Virus record (IMG/VR): IMGVR_UViG_3300011335_000445
Span: 1 to 27,709 of that record
Strand: one strand, 5' to 3'
DNA length: 27,709 bases
From: a virus
Lineage: Duplodnaviria; Caudoviricetes
Shown: positions 19,673 to 27,466 of the stretch, piece by piece
How the letters are laid out: the number at the start of each line of letters is the position of its first letter
Position numbering within the stretch: the stretch's first letter is position 1
Translations under genes and position numbers: made by a program
Notes under the pieces: model-generated
What the model was told of the DNA's origin: nothing
Database searches by the model: none
The model's input: the letters and a program-made list of their open reading frames with translations, nothing else

Positions 19673-19857
19673 TACTTTCTATTTAAAAATTCAACTACTT
19701 TTTCCCAGTAAGTTCTGTTCTTCATTTTACCATCATTATAAGGTGCTAGAGCAAGAATGGCCTTAGCAGACTTTATTGATTGTTCCTTAGCATTATCTAC
19801 ACCATGTATATGTATGGCATAATCATACAGTTCTTTTGCTTTTTTTTTTTCTGTCAT
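19672..19857 (-). CDS. Hypothetical protein, 61 aa
   Basis: Start and stop overlap both neighbours. Confidence 0.7.
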   Translation of the reverse strand: MTEKKKAKELYDYAIHIHGVDNAKEQSIKSAKAILALAPYNDGKMKNRTYWEKVVEFLNRK

Positions 19858-20261
19858 TCTTCCTCTGCTTTTTCTAGTAAACTACCATCATGAAAAAAAT
19901 CTTCAGTTTCAGTAATTCTTATGGAATTATTAATAATATATTTTCCTGAAGGAACACATATACATAAATCTCCAAAACCACCTTCATTATTCCACCAGTC
20001 TTCTATATCATTAAGAAGTTTATCTTCACTAAATCCTTCAACTAATGTATACAATCCTGAATCTAAAGCTGCTAAACTCATAGCATTGTCCCACACATCA
20101 ACCTCATCATCCACATCTTCTGGAGTATCACATTTTACTTTAGTATAAGCAATTTGTTCTATAGCACCGGAGTCTCCTCCACCATCATAATGTACTTTAA
20201 TACCAGTAATACCCAAATCAGCCAACTTAAATAAGAGGCTTGTTAATTCTAATTCTGTCAT
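19854..20261 (-). CDS. DUF6878-like acidic protein
   Basis: VHYDGGGDSGAIE and WWNNEGGFG motifs, recognised from memory. Confidence 0.7.
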   Translation of the reverse strand: MTELELTSLLFKLADLGITGIKVHYDGGGDSGAIEQIAYTKVKCDTPEDVDDEVDVWDNAMSLAALDSGLYTLVEGFSEDKLLNDIEDWWNNEGGFGDLCICVPSGKYIINNSIRITETEDFFHDGSLLEKAEEE

Positions 20262-20263
20262 AA

Positions 20264-20689
20264 TTACTTTGTTTTATAGAACCTCCCTAGGATGTTCCCA
20301 TTTAAATATTTATCATTCTCAAGCACATCATATAAAAATTGATGCTTGACTTCTTGATATGTCAGCTCTGTCTGAGTATTGCATATCTTAAGAATCTCTC
20401 TTCTGATAACTACTCCTGCTTTGTGAGCTTCCTTTAGAATCTTATTACTACTGTAATAGTTCATAAAGTCTGGTTTTATTTCTCTCCAGTACTTTTTAAG
20501 TCTTTTGTCTGTTGACATTGCTAAAGCTTTTTTACCTAGAGGTCTCTTTATATTAGCAAAGAAGTTCTTCTTACCAATATATGCAACAGACTTACCATCT
20601 ATAATAGCATGCATAATGTAAATAAACCCCACACCTCCTTCAGGTATGTCATGTTCCTCAAAGGATTTGCCTTGATATATCCAGCTCAT
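20264..20689 (-). CDS. GIY-YIG family endonuclease-like protein (T4 endonuclease II/Seg-like)
   Basis: GFIYIM...YIGKK, YYSSN, REILKIC and YLNGNI motifs. Confidence 0.75.
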   Translation of the reverse strand: MSWIYQGKSFEEHDIPEGGVGFIYIMHAIIDGKSVAYIGKKNFFANIKRPLGKKALAMSTDKRLKKYWREIKPDFMNYYSSNKILKEAHKAGVVIRREILKICNTQTELTYQEVKHQFLYDVLENDKYLNGNILGRFYKTK

Positions 20690-21666
20690 AATACTTGTTT
20701 TAATAGTGGAAATAATACTTCTCTTACTTTATCTATACCATGTACTTTAACTGAGTCAGAAAGATCTTTCTCCATAGGTAGTAGTATAGTATTGAAACCA
20801 TACTTGTCTTTATATCTCTGAGCAGCTTTAATACCTGGGTCATCATTGTCAAATAGTACAACTATCTTTTCATAATGTGGCTTTAGTTCTCCTATTGCCT
20901 TTTCTCCAATCATAGTATTCTCACTGTCCGGAGCAATAGCTTCAATATTACCAATACCTAGTTTATTAAAAGCCATTAGATCTTTGAGTGAAGAAGTAAT
21001 TATAAGATACTTAGTGTTATACTTTAGTTGATCTGTACCCTGGATATAGTTTTCTACTTTGATAAACTTCTTCTCAGCATTCTTAGGCATATAGATTTTA
21101 TACAAACTACCATCATCTCTAAAGTAACCATATAAATATGGCTTCTTAAACTTAAATGAAGTTATCTTACCATCTAATTCCTGTTTGCTCATTGTAAAGA
21201 AGTCTAGTGGAACTACATTATATCTCTGTAGCATTCCAGAACCAATCTTAAACCCAGTCCAGTATGTTTGATCAAAGTTATTCCAGTGTCTCATTTCATA
21301 ATCTACAACCTTGTACTTGTCATGATGTACTATATCAAATTTTACAACTGTATTATACTTTAGATAGTTTTGATAGTCTTGCATTATTTTATCTGCCGCA
21401 GAACCTCTGTTGGGTAGATTAAACATTTTAAGAACTAACTCTATACAATCACCATGATAACCAGAAGAAAAATCCTTAAACTTATAAAAGTTAGAGACTT
21501 TATCAAAATAAACAAACATGGATGGAACTTTGTCCCTAGCATTGAATGCAGATAACATTTTTACATCTTGACCTGTTAGTTTTTCTTTAAGGTCCAAATA
21601 ATACTCAAAAACCCATTCTCTAGGAACCTGAGCTAAATCAGTTATTAAATTTTTTGTAGAAATCAT
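20686..21666 (-). CDS. DnaG-like primase (TOPRIM) with a degenerate Zn-binding domain
   Basis: N-terminal PSM...FKDFSSGYHGD; TOPRIM LIITSSLKD and FDNDDPG; KDLSD. Confidence 0.85.
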   Translation of the reverse strand: MISTKNLITDLAQVPREWVFEYYLDLKEKLTGQDVKMLSAFNARDKVPSMFVYFDKVSNFYKFKDFSSGYHGDCIELVLKMFNLPNRGSAADKIMQDYQNYLKYNTVVKFDIVHHDKYKVVDYEMRHWNNFDQTYWTGFKIGSGMLQRYNVVPLDFFTMSKQELDGKITSFKFKKPYLYGYFRDDGSLYKIYMPKNAEKKFIKVENYIQGTDQLKYNTKYLIITSSLKDLMAFNKLGIGNIEAIAPDSENTMIGEKAIGELKPHYEKIVVLFDNDDPGIKAAQRYKDKYGFNTILLPMEKDLSDSVKVHGIDKVREVLFPLLKQVL

Positions 21667-21677
21667 AGTGCCTAATT

Positions 21678-21712
21678 TAAAATAAAGGGGGAGTAGCTAT
21701 CTGACTCCCCCT
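21678..21712 (-). terminator. Intrinsic terminator/attenuator between the SSB-like gene and primase
   Basis: Minus strand AGGGGGAGT-CAGATAGCT-ACTCCCCCT followed by TTATTTT. Confidence 0.7.
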
Positions 21713-21720
21713 ATGACTGT

Positions 21721-22407
21721 TTAGTCTAGGCTGAAATCAGAAGAGCTTTTGCTTGGTGTATCAAAACCATCATCTTCACCAAAGCTTTTAACTTCTTTAG
21801 TCTCTAGTTTCTTAAGATGTTTAGTTTCATCATATGTCATGACTTTACCAGCTTCTATTTCTCCATAAGCATATTTTTTGTTTTCACCTTTTGGCAACCA
21901 CATGTCATAGTTTGTATAACCTGTTTTACCTTCATATTCTTTACCTGCAATACAGAATTCAAGAAATTTATCTTTAATAGGTGCAGTTTTATTGAATGCT
22001 TCAACAAAATCTTCAACAGTATTATGTTTACCATCTTGCTCTACAAACCAATCATAGATCTCATAAGTTTTACATAAGTTCTGTAAGAAGATCAAAATAG
22101 ATCTATCTCTCTGAATCTTAATTCCTGACTTAGTTTCACCATCTGCAAATGCATATTGGGAAGCTTTAACTCTACCAATCTGACCAGCATAATGACCTTT
22201 ATCAGGATTATCTTTGTCAAGAGCAAAACCTTCAAAATCTTCAATAGGTTCTGTTTCCACATGCAATATCAAATGTTTTGCACCATCAATAAATTTAAAG
22301 TCTTCCAGATCAATATAATTAATCTTTAATACATGATTCCCTGGAGAAATTGTTTTTGGTAGCCCACTTCCACTACCTGTTCCTAAGTCTGTTGTGCTTA
22401 ATCCCAT
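21721..22407 (-). CDS. Putative single-stranded DNA-binding protein
   Basis: Lies directly after the AAA_24 ATPase gene; beta-rich sequence with an acidic C-terminal tail (SSDFSLD). Function inferred from context. Confidence 0.5.
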   Translation of the reverse strand: MGLSTTDLGTGSGSGLPKTISPGNHVLKINYIDLEDFKFIDGAKHLILHVETEPIEDFEGFALDKDNPDKGHYAGQIGRVKASQYAFADGETKSGIKIQRDRSILIFLQNLCKTYEIYDWFVEQDGKHNTVEDFVEAFNKTAPIKDKFLEFCIAGKEYEGKTGYTNYDMWLPKGENKKYAYGEIEAGKVMTYDETKHLKKLETKEVKSFGEDDGFDTPSKSSSDFSLD

Positions 22408-22429
22408 TTTGTTTATTTTTTATTTGTTA

Positions 22430-22834
22430 TTATACATAAATTCTGTCCCAATGAAACTCTAGTTCACCGTTCTCTTGCATCTCTGTTACTACTATCTCTT
22501 CATTACGGAGATGTTCTGGTCTAGCACCACAAGTTGTTTCTTCATTAGTTTTAAAACTTAAAATAGTTTTGTTACCTTTTCTAAACATATAACCAATTGC
22601 ATCAGCATTAGCACATATTAAAGATTTGATTTTACCAGTTAAATCTATGTTAGCAGACATAACCATCTCACCCTTATCATCAACCACTTTGTCTTTAATG
22701 TGACCTGATAAAATAATATGGGGAGCTAAGGTATCAATAAAATCTAAAACTTGAAAGAATGCCTGACGGATATATAAATATCCAGCACCATTTGGTAGTG
22801 TAACTACAGTATCTCCATCAAAGTTTTTACCCAT
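22430..22834 (-). CDS. AAA_24 (Sak4-like) ATPase, exon 2
   Basis: Begins ATG GGT AAA AAC (MGKNFDGD...LPNGAGY...ILSGH...ADAIGY) immediately after the intron's terminal G; in frame with exon 1, giving a 240-aa spliced protein. Confidence 0.88.
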   Translation of the reverse strand: MGKNFDGDTVVTLPNGAGYLYIRQAFFQVLDFIDTLAPHIILSGHIKDKVVDDKGEMVMSANIDLTGKIKSLICANADAIGYMFRKGNKTILSFKTNEETTCGARPEHLRNEEIVVTEMQENGELEFHWDRIYV

Positions 22835-22905
22835 CATTTCTGTTCCAATAAACCCGCAACAGTTTACCGCGTTCTCTAATGAACTGCTATATGTTACCAT
22901 ATAGA

Positions 22906-23517
22906 TCAGACTATATCACAATCCATTTCTGGACTTCTCCCATTTCCACTACCATTAGCTTGTAGTGTACTGCCTTCCGGCATAGTCGTTGAACATTGCT
23001 TATAAACATAGATCTGTTTAACCTTATTAATAAAATCTTCTAGTGAAAATTTATTTTTCATAAGATTACACATACTACAGCAGGGAACACAGTTTTCTAC
23101 AGTATAACCAACTTTACTATCTAATCTATCCACACCATTATGAATAAATTTAATATTGGTTCTATTCCTACCTTTAGAAAATTGTGATTCAATTGGTTCT
23201 TGTCCACAATAAAAACAATTCTGACTAACTAGTTCAGTAAATATTTCTTTTGTAAGTTCAAAAGATATATGTCTACTGTTTGCATTAGTCCTATAACCTG
23301 AATATAGTGTATTAATAACAGATTCAACTTTAGGTTTAGCTGTCATTTTTTCTTTACAAAAATTACAATATTCAGGGTTAGTTTTTATATGATCCATTCT
23401 CCTAATTGATTCTGCACCACAAGTTATACATTCAGTAAAATAATAAGCTCTAGACTTAGCTGAATAAGCAAAATCTATTACTTTTATTTTATTAAATATA
23501 GTACCGGGTTTAATCAT
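22906..23517 (-). CDS. Intron-encoded HNH homing endonuclease, 203 aa
   Basis: CFYCG...NGVDRLDSKVGYTVENCVPCCSMCNLMK motif and N-terminal CxxC pairs; start re-assigned to ATG 23517 (MIKPG) after an A-rich leader. Confidence 0.85.
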   Translation of the reverse strand: MIKPGTIFNKIKVIDFAYSAKSRAYYFTECITCGAESIRRMDHIKTNPEYCNFCKEKMTAKPKVESVINTLYSGYRTNANSRHISFELTKEIFTELVSQNCFYCGQEPIESQFSKGRNRTNIKFIHNGVDRLDSKVGYTVENCVPCCSMCNLMKNKFSLEDFINKVKQIYVYKQCSTTMPEGSTLQANGSGNGRSPEMDCDIV

Positions 23518-23577
23518 TTTTTGTGGTTTATAAGCCTTTGCTGCTGATTGTCCATTCATAATATTTATATTTACCCA

Positions 23578-23607
23578 CAAAGGTATAAAATATATTTTAA
23601 TATGCAA
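23578..23607 (-). promoter_or_regulatory. Bacteroidota sigma70-type promoter inside the intron (TTG-N19-TACCTTTG)
   Basis: TTG at 23607-23605, 19-nt spacer, TACCTTTG at 23585-23578; 60 nt upstream of the HNH ATG. Confidence 0.65.
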
Positions 23608-23670
23608 TGGGTTTTCCAGCAATTAGAGAGATTTGCTATTAATATTACTACTAATAGGCCCATTTGGTTT

Positions 23671-23988
23671 AGGCGTGGCTCTGTAAAGCTTGACAGCTAA
23701 AGGCATAATCATATCTTCTAATGCAGTTACAGTATCTACAGTAACAACTTTATAAGGATTACCAGCAGCTTTGATTGCTTTACCAGTGTCCAATAACTCT
23801 TGTAAGCTACCAATTTTTACTTTTAATGCATCCACATAATCAGCACCATTTTCTAAGTCCAAAATAAGATTGTTCTCAAGACCTGCATAAGCAGTAGTCT
23901 TACCAGTCTTTGGCTTAGAATAAATAACCATTCTCTTAGGATTCTGTCTTTCAGCCTTTACTTTACTTGTTGGAAGTACTATACTCAT
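23671..23988 (-). CDS. AAA_24 (Sak4-like) ATPase, exon 1 (106 codons)
   Basis: Walker A-like YSKPKTGKTT, LDLENG, Walker B VTVDTVT; ends ...LYRATP (CCT) at the 5' splice site. Confidence 0.88.
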
Positions 23989-24653
23989 ATTTCACTTTTT
24001 GTTTGTTTAATCAGTTCATTTAACCATGGTTTAGCACTAACTGGTTTTATTAACATAATTGCTGCTAAGTCTCTTAGAGTCATTTCTGACATTGGTATAT
24101 CAGCAATTTCTGTATTGTAAACCTCATCAAGTGACATGTTACTTTCTTTCTTAGGAAACTGCTCTTCAAAATCTGGAAACAATGCTAAACTGTTTTGTAA
24201 CTTAGGTAAAGAATCTTCTTTCTTAGGTTCTTCTTTTCTCTTTTCATACAGAGCATATGTTATCTCAGTACCATCCTTAAGCACGGCCACTAACTCAGAG
24301 GTTGGCACAGTAAAAATACTATATGGCTCTCCTTTAAAATTAGTACCTTCTTTAGTATCATATTCTTCAGCATAAAACGGATTTGCTTTATACTTAAACA
24401 ACTGTCTATCCTCATTAAAAGGAGTGACATCAACAAGATTACCATTGGCATCATTTACATTGTCATAAAATTCAATATAGATATCTTCACCTTTGCTAAT
24501 TTCAGATTCAAATAACTGAATGTGTCTTCCAAATTTACCTTTCTGAAAGAAAGCTGTTTTAATTACAAAAAACGGGTCACTTAAACCCAACTTTTTAAAG
24601 GTCTCCATGTGTTGCACAAAGAACTCTTTTTCTTTTTCTTTTCTTATGTTCAT
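23985..24653 (-). CDS. Conserved hypothetical protein, 222 aa
   Basis: ORF between the helicase and AAA_24 genes, coupled to the latter by an ATGA overlap. Confidence 0.8.
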   Translation of the reverse strand: MNIRKEKEKEFFVQHMETFKKLGLSDPFFVIKTAFFQKGKFGRHIQLFESEISKGEDIYIEFYDNVNDANGNLVDVTPFNEDRQLFKYKANPFYAEEYDTKEGTNFKGEPYSIFTVPTSELVAVLKDGTEITYALYEKRKEEPKKEDSLPKLQNSLALFPDFEEQFPKKESNMSLDEVYNTEIADIPMSEMTLRDLAAIMLIKPVSAKPWLNELIKQTKSEI

Positions 24654-24663
24654 GTTTAAAAAT

Positions 24664-25665
24664 TTACTGTGTTGATACTTTCTTCATTGCACAAGCTGGT
24701 GTAGGTATTTCTACAATTCTCATTGCACCTCTATCAAGTTTAAAGAAACTTATCCTTGTGGTACCATTTCTAGATTTTAAGAAGTGAAAGACTAAAATGT
24801 CTTCATCTGCTATTATATATCTATCAGGTCCATACTGTCTTATTTTTCTTATAGAAGGTTTATTTATACCCAATACTACATCAGCATGTTGTAATAAAGC
24901 ATCAGAACCATATATATCAGAATCTAATACATAATTACCATAATCACCATCAATTGCTCTCTTAGGATCATCTATATTTCTATTCAACTGGCTGAGGACT
25001 ACAAAAGCTACTGGATACTTCTTTTTCATCATAGTGAGTGCCTCACCTAAAGCTCCTAACATTTCAAATTTATCTTTTTGTCCTCTACCATTTTTAAATA
25101 AAGCTGAGTGATCTATTGCTACTAACATGTTTACAAAAGTACCGTCAGCTCTTCTGTGCTCCTCCATTTGATAACGGATTGTAGCACACATTTCATCTAC
25201 GGTACATGCATCATAAACTACATCTACAATATCTGCAGTTTCTGTGACATCATAATAATGCAAACATCTATTAAATAAAGCTTTGTCAATTTTCTGGCCC
25301 TTACTCATTAATGTATTGTAATCAGCACCTGTATTCAGACTTAATTTTCTTATACCACTGGTCTCATCAACCATTTCCATTTGAAACTTTAATATCCGGA
25401 ACTCTTGATCAGCATTGTATTGTATAATATCACTGATAAGCTGTTCCATAAATAAAGTTTTACCTGTACCAGGTCTAGCACCAACTACGGTGATAGTTCT
25501 CCATTCTAATCCATCACAAAATGCATCATTAAATTTGGGCCAAGCACTTTTGAGAGATTTAATTTCTCCTCTACTCCGTGCTGCAATTTTTTCCAATGCT
25601 TTCTTTAAAGCATCTCTTTCACTTACTGGTTGTAGTGCTTGTGCACCATTAAATAATTCTGCCAT
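24664..25665 (-). CDS. dnaB: DnaB-like replicative helicase (C-terminal RecA-fold domain only)
   Basis: GARPGTGKT, FQMEM, VAIDH, LSQLNR, SDALLQHAD and KSRNG motifs. Confidence 0.9.
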   Translation of the reverse strand: MAELFNGAQALQPVSERDALKKALEKIAARSRGEIKSLKSAWPKFNDAFCDGLEWRTITVVGARPGTGKTLFMEQLISDIIQYNADQEFRILKFQMEMVDETSGIRKLSLNTGADYNTLMSKGQKIDKALFNRCLHYYDVTETADIVDVVYDACTVDEMCATIRYQMEEHRRADGTFVNMLVAIDHSALFKNGRGQKDKFEMLGALGEALTMMKKKYPVAFVVLSQLNRNIDDPKRAIDGDYGNYVLDSDIYGSDALLQHADVVLGINKPSIRKIRQYGPDRYIIADEDILVFHFLKSRNGTTRISFFKLDRGAMRIVEIPTPACAMKKVSTQ

Positions 25666-25668
25666 TTG

Positions 25669-25845
25669 TTATATATTAGTTAATTGTTTGTTTTTTACAT
25701 AGTTATAAAAACTATGAGTCACTGATAAGAGAAGTTCTATTATAAAGTACTGCCATATATTTATCTCAACAATGAAATAACTTATAACAGTAAAGCAGAA
25801 TAAACTCCCCACAACAGCAACCATCAGCATTTTTAAGTTTATCAT
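25669..25845 (-). CDS. Small membrane protein, 58 aa (not in ORF track)
   Basis: Manual translation MINLKMLMVAVVGSLFCFTVISYFIVEINIWQYFIIELLLSVTHSFYNYVKNKQLTNI*; ATGA overlap with the upstream stop; stop lies 3 nt before the dnaB start. Confidence 0.75.
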   Translation of the reverse strand: MINLKMLMVAVVGSLFCFTVISYFIVEINIWQYFIIELLLSVTHSFYNYVKNKQLTNI

Positions 25846-26429
25846 ACTACTCTTTCACTAAAATAAACCTGTTCATCATCAGGATTTGTTCTTAATATCT
25901 CACAATATGTAGCTAAATCAGATTCAAAAGTCTTGTCTATGTTCTGCTTTCTTATAAAATATTGTGCAGTCCTCATATACTCATATCTTCTGATACTGTA
26001 TTCATCTATATATCTTTCTGTAGCTGCAATTATAGTTTCCCAATCATAATCATAGTTCTCAAAGAACCATTTAAAGGGAGCTTCTAAATTTTTAGCATTT
26101 ACCCTTGCATACTTACCAGATGATAGTTTAATATTTGGAAATATTTCCACATATGTCTGGATATTTGTAACAAAGCCTTGACCCATTAAATCTTGTGAAG
26201 TTTTCTTCTTGGCTCTCTTAAAGTAACCATTAATTTCTTCCATAAAGATAAGGCTTTTACTTGTTAATTGCAAGTCTTCTGTTAGCCAAAGATTGTTTTG
26301 CAGCCTTTTGCACTCCAATTCTTTGTTGACAAATTTATGAGGTACAATCTTCTCTCTTATACAGTGCAAAACATAATAAGTATTTGGAGTAAGTTCCTCC
26401 TGAATCAGTCTTGTAAATATATCTGTCAT
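25842..26429 (-). CDS. Hypothetical replication-associated protein (possible initiator or helicase loader)
   Basis: 195-aa ORF upstream of dnaB; function inferred from position only. Confidence 0.5.
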   Translation of the reverse strand: MTDIFTRLIQEELTPNTYYVLHCIREKIVPHKFVNKELECKRLQNNLWLTEDLQLTSKSLIFMEEINGYFKRAKKKTSQDLMGQGFVTNIQTYVEIFPNIKLSSGKYARVNAKNLEAPFKWFFENYDYDWETIIAATERYIDEYSIRRYEYMRTAQYFIRKQNIDKTFESDLATYCEILRTNPDDEQVYFSERVV

Positions 26430-26430
26430 G

Positions 26431-27114
26431 CTACCAAGTTATTATTTTTTGTAATTGTATTTTCATAAACACAGCTCCTGAATCCCATCTACCACCACTA
26501 TAAGCAGCACTAGCAGGATGTTTTACAAAGTATTTAGTACTAGTGGTATCATCAGTTAATTCTGACCACTCTTCAGCTTTTTTACCCATGTATAGATATA
26601 CTAAACCTGTATCATGTGTATTTAACCAGTCTAGTAGATAAGCAGTGAATTTCTTCCAAATATCATAGTGACTACCAACATTACCTACTTCAACTGTAAG
26701 AGCTGTATTAAGCATTAATACACCTTGATTAGACCATCTTTTAAGATCTACATCTAAACTGCCAGGATGACCTCTATAAACACTTCTATTTACTTCATCA
26801 AGTATATATCTAAGACTAGGTTGTGCTTTACCTGTATTACTACAGCTAAATGATATTCCATCAGCCACACCAAGTTGAGGATATGGGTCTTGTCCTATAA
26901 TTACTACTTGTAGTTTATCATAAGGACATTCTTCAAATGCTCTAAATACCTGTTTTAACGGTGGAGTAAACCTTTTATCCTCTTGACTTAATTTATATAA
27001 CTGAGTAAGTATCTCATCAAAGTCACTACTAAATATAAAACATTTAAGGACTTTGCCCCAACCACTAGGTTCAAGTTTAGTAAACATTTTTTGTTTAATT
27101 TCTTCTAAGTCCAT
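26431..27114 (-). CDS. ung: Uracil-DNA glycosylase, family 1
   Basis: VFRAF, GQDPY, ADGISFS, QGVLMLNTALTV, GSH and HPAS motifs. Confidence 0.95.
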   Translation of the reverse strand: MDLEEIKQKMFTKLEPSGWGKVLKCFIFSSDFDEILTQLYKLSQEDKRFTPPLKQVFRAFEECPYDKLQVVIIGQDPYPQLGVADGISFSCSNTGKAQPSLRYILDEVNRSVYRGHPGSLDVDLKRWSNQGVLMLNTALTVEVGNVGSHYDIWKKFTAYLLDWLNTHDTGLVYLYMGKKAEEWSELTDDTTSTKYFVKHPASAAYSGGRWDSGAVFMKIQLQKIITW

Positions 27115-27122
27115 TTTTTGTT

Positions 27123-27130
27123 TATTTTTG
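27123..27130 (+). promoter_or_regulatory. Bacteroidota-type -7 box TATTTTTG for the lone plus-strand gene
   Basis: Matches TAnnTTTG, 15 nt upstream of ATG 27146; no well-spaced -33 TTG seen. Confidence 0.4.
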
Positions 27131-27145
27131 TTTAAAATTATTATT

Positions 27146-27466
27146 ATGCCAGTTAAAATAAGAGAGATAAAGGATGATGCTCTAATTACAATTACTTTAA
27201 ATAAAAATTTTTATTTAATGCTTAAGTCTGTAATGTTGTATATTTTTAAACAAGAACCAGATCAAGAAAAGTATGAAGGTCTTATTAAAAAAGTTATGTC
27301 ATCTGAACATGAAAATGAGCCCCACACAGAACATGAAGCTGCATTTAAAACCATGCTTATTCTTTTAGCAGAGATTGAAAGAATGGCTGGTGAACAAGAT
27401 TCATTTAATACTAGAGAAATTCCTACAGAAGGTGATGAAGGTTATGTCCCACCTAGTGTAGATTAA
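27146..27466 (+). CDS. Hypothetical protein, 106 aa, oriented opposite to its neighbours
   Basis: MPVKIREIKDDALITITLNK...; start moved from 27053 (which overlaps ung) to ATG 27146; fills the gap between two minus-strand genes. Confidence 0.7.
   Translation: MPVKIREIKDDALITITLNKNFYLMLKSVMLYIFKQEPDQEKYEGLIKKVMSSEHENEPHTEHEAAFKTMLILLAEIERMAGEQDSFNTREIPTEGDEGYVPPSVD

Larger units (their letters stand above)
22835..23670 (-). ncRNA. Group I self-splicing intron, subgroup IA2-like, 836 nt
   Basis: 5' exon ends in U with P1 GCCU/GGGC; P element UUGCUGGAAA (23622-23613); Q AAUCAGCAG (23549-23541); R UGUUCAACGACUA (22995-22983); S GAUAUAGUCU (22917-22908); P7.1 and P7.2 hairpins; GNRA loops on P2, P8 and P9; terminal G at 22835. 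Confidence 0.93.

Noticed and set aside
19840-19850. A11 run at the start of the 61-aa gene as a phase-variation or frameshift site
   Set aside because: In frame (EKKK), with intact overlaps to neighbours; no supporting evidence
22430-23988. Track ORFs 22430..22900, 22906..23622 and 23623..23988 as three independent genes, or as a pseudogene or intein
   Set aside because: The extensions (MVTYSSS..., MLENPLH..., ...KPNGPISSNINSKSL) are intron sequence. In-frame stops exclude an intein, and splicing restores one ORF.
10350-25702. Short plus-strand ORFs overlapping the minus-strand genes
   Set aside because: Entirely or largely antisense to well-supported genes, with shadow-like composition
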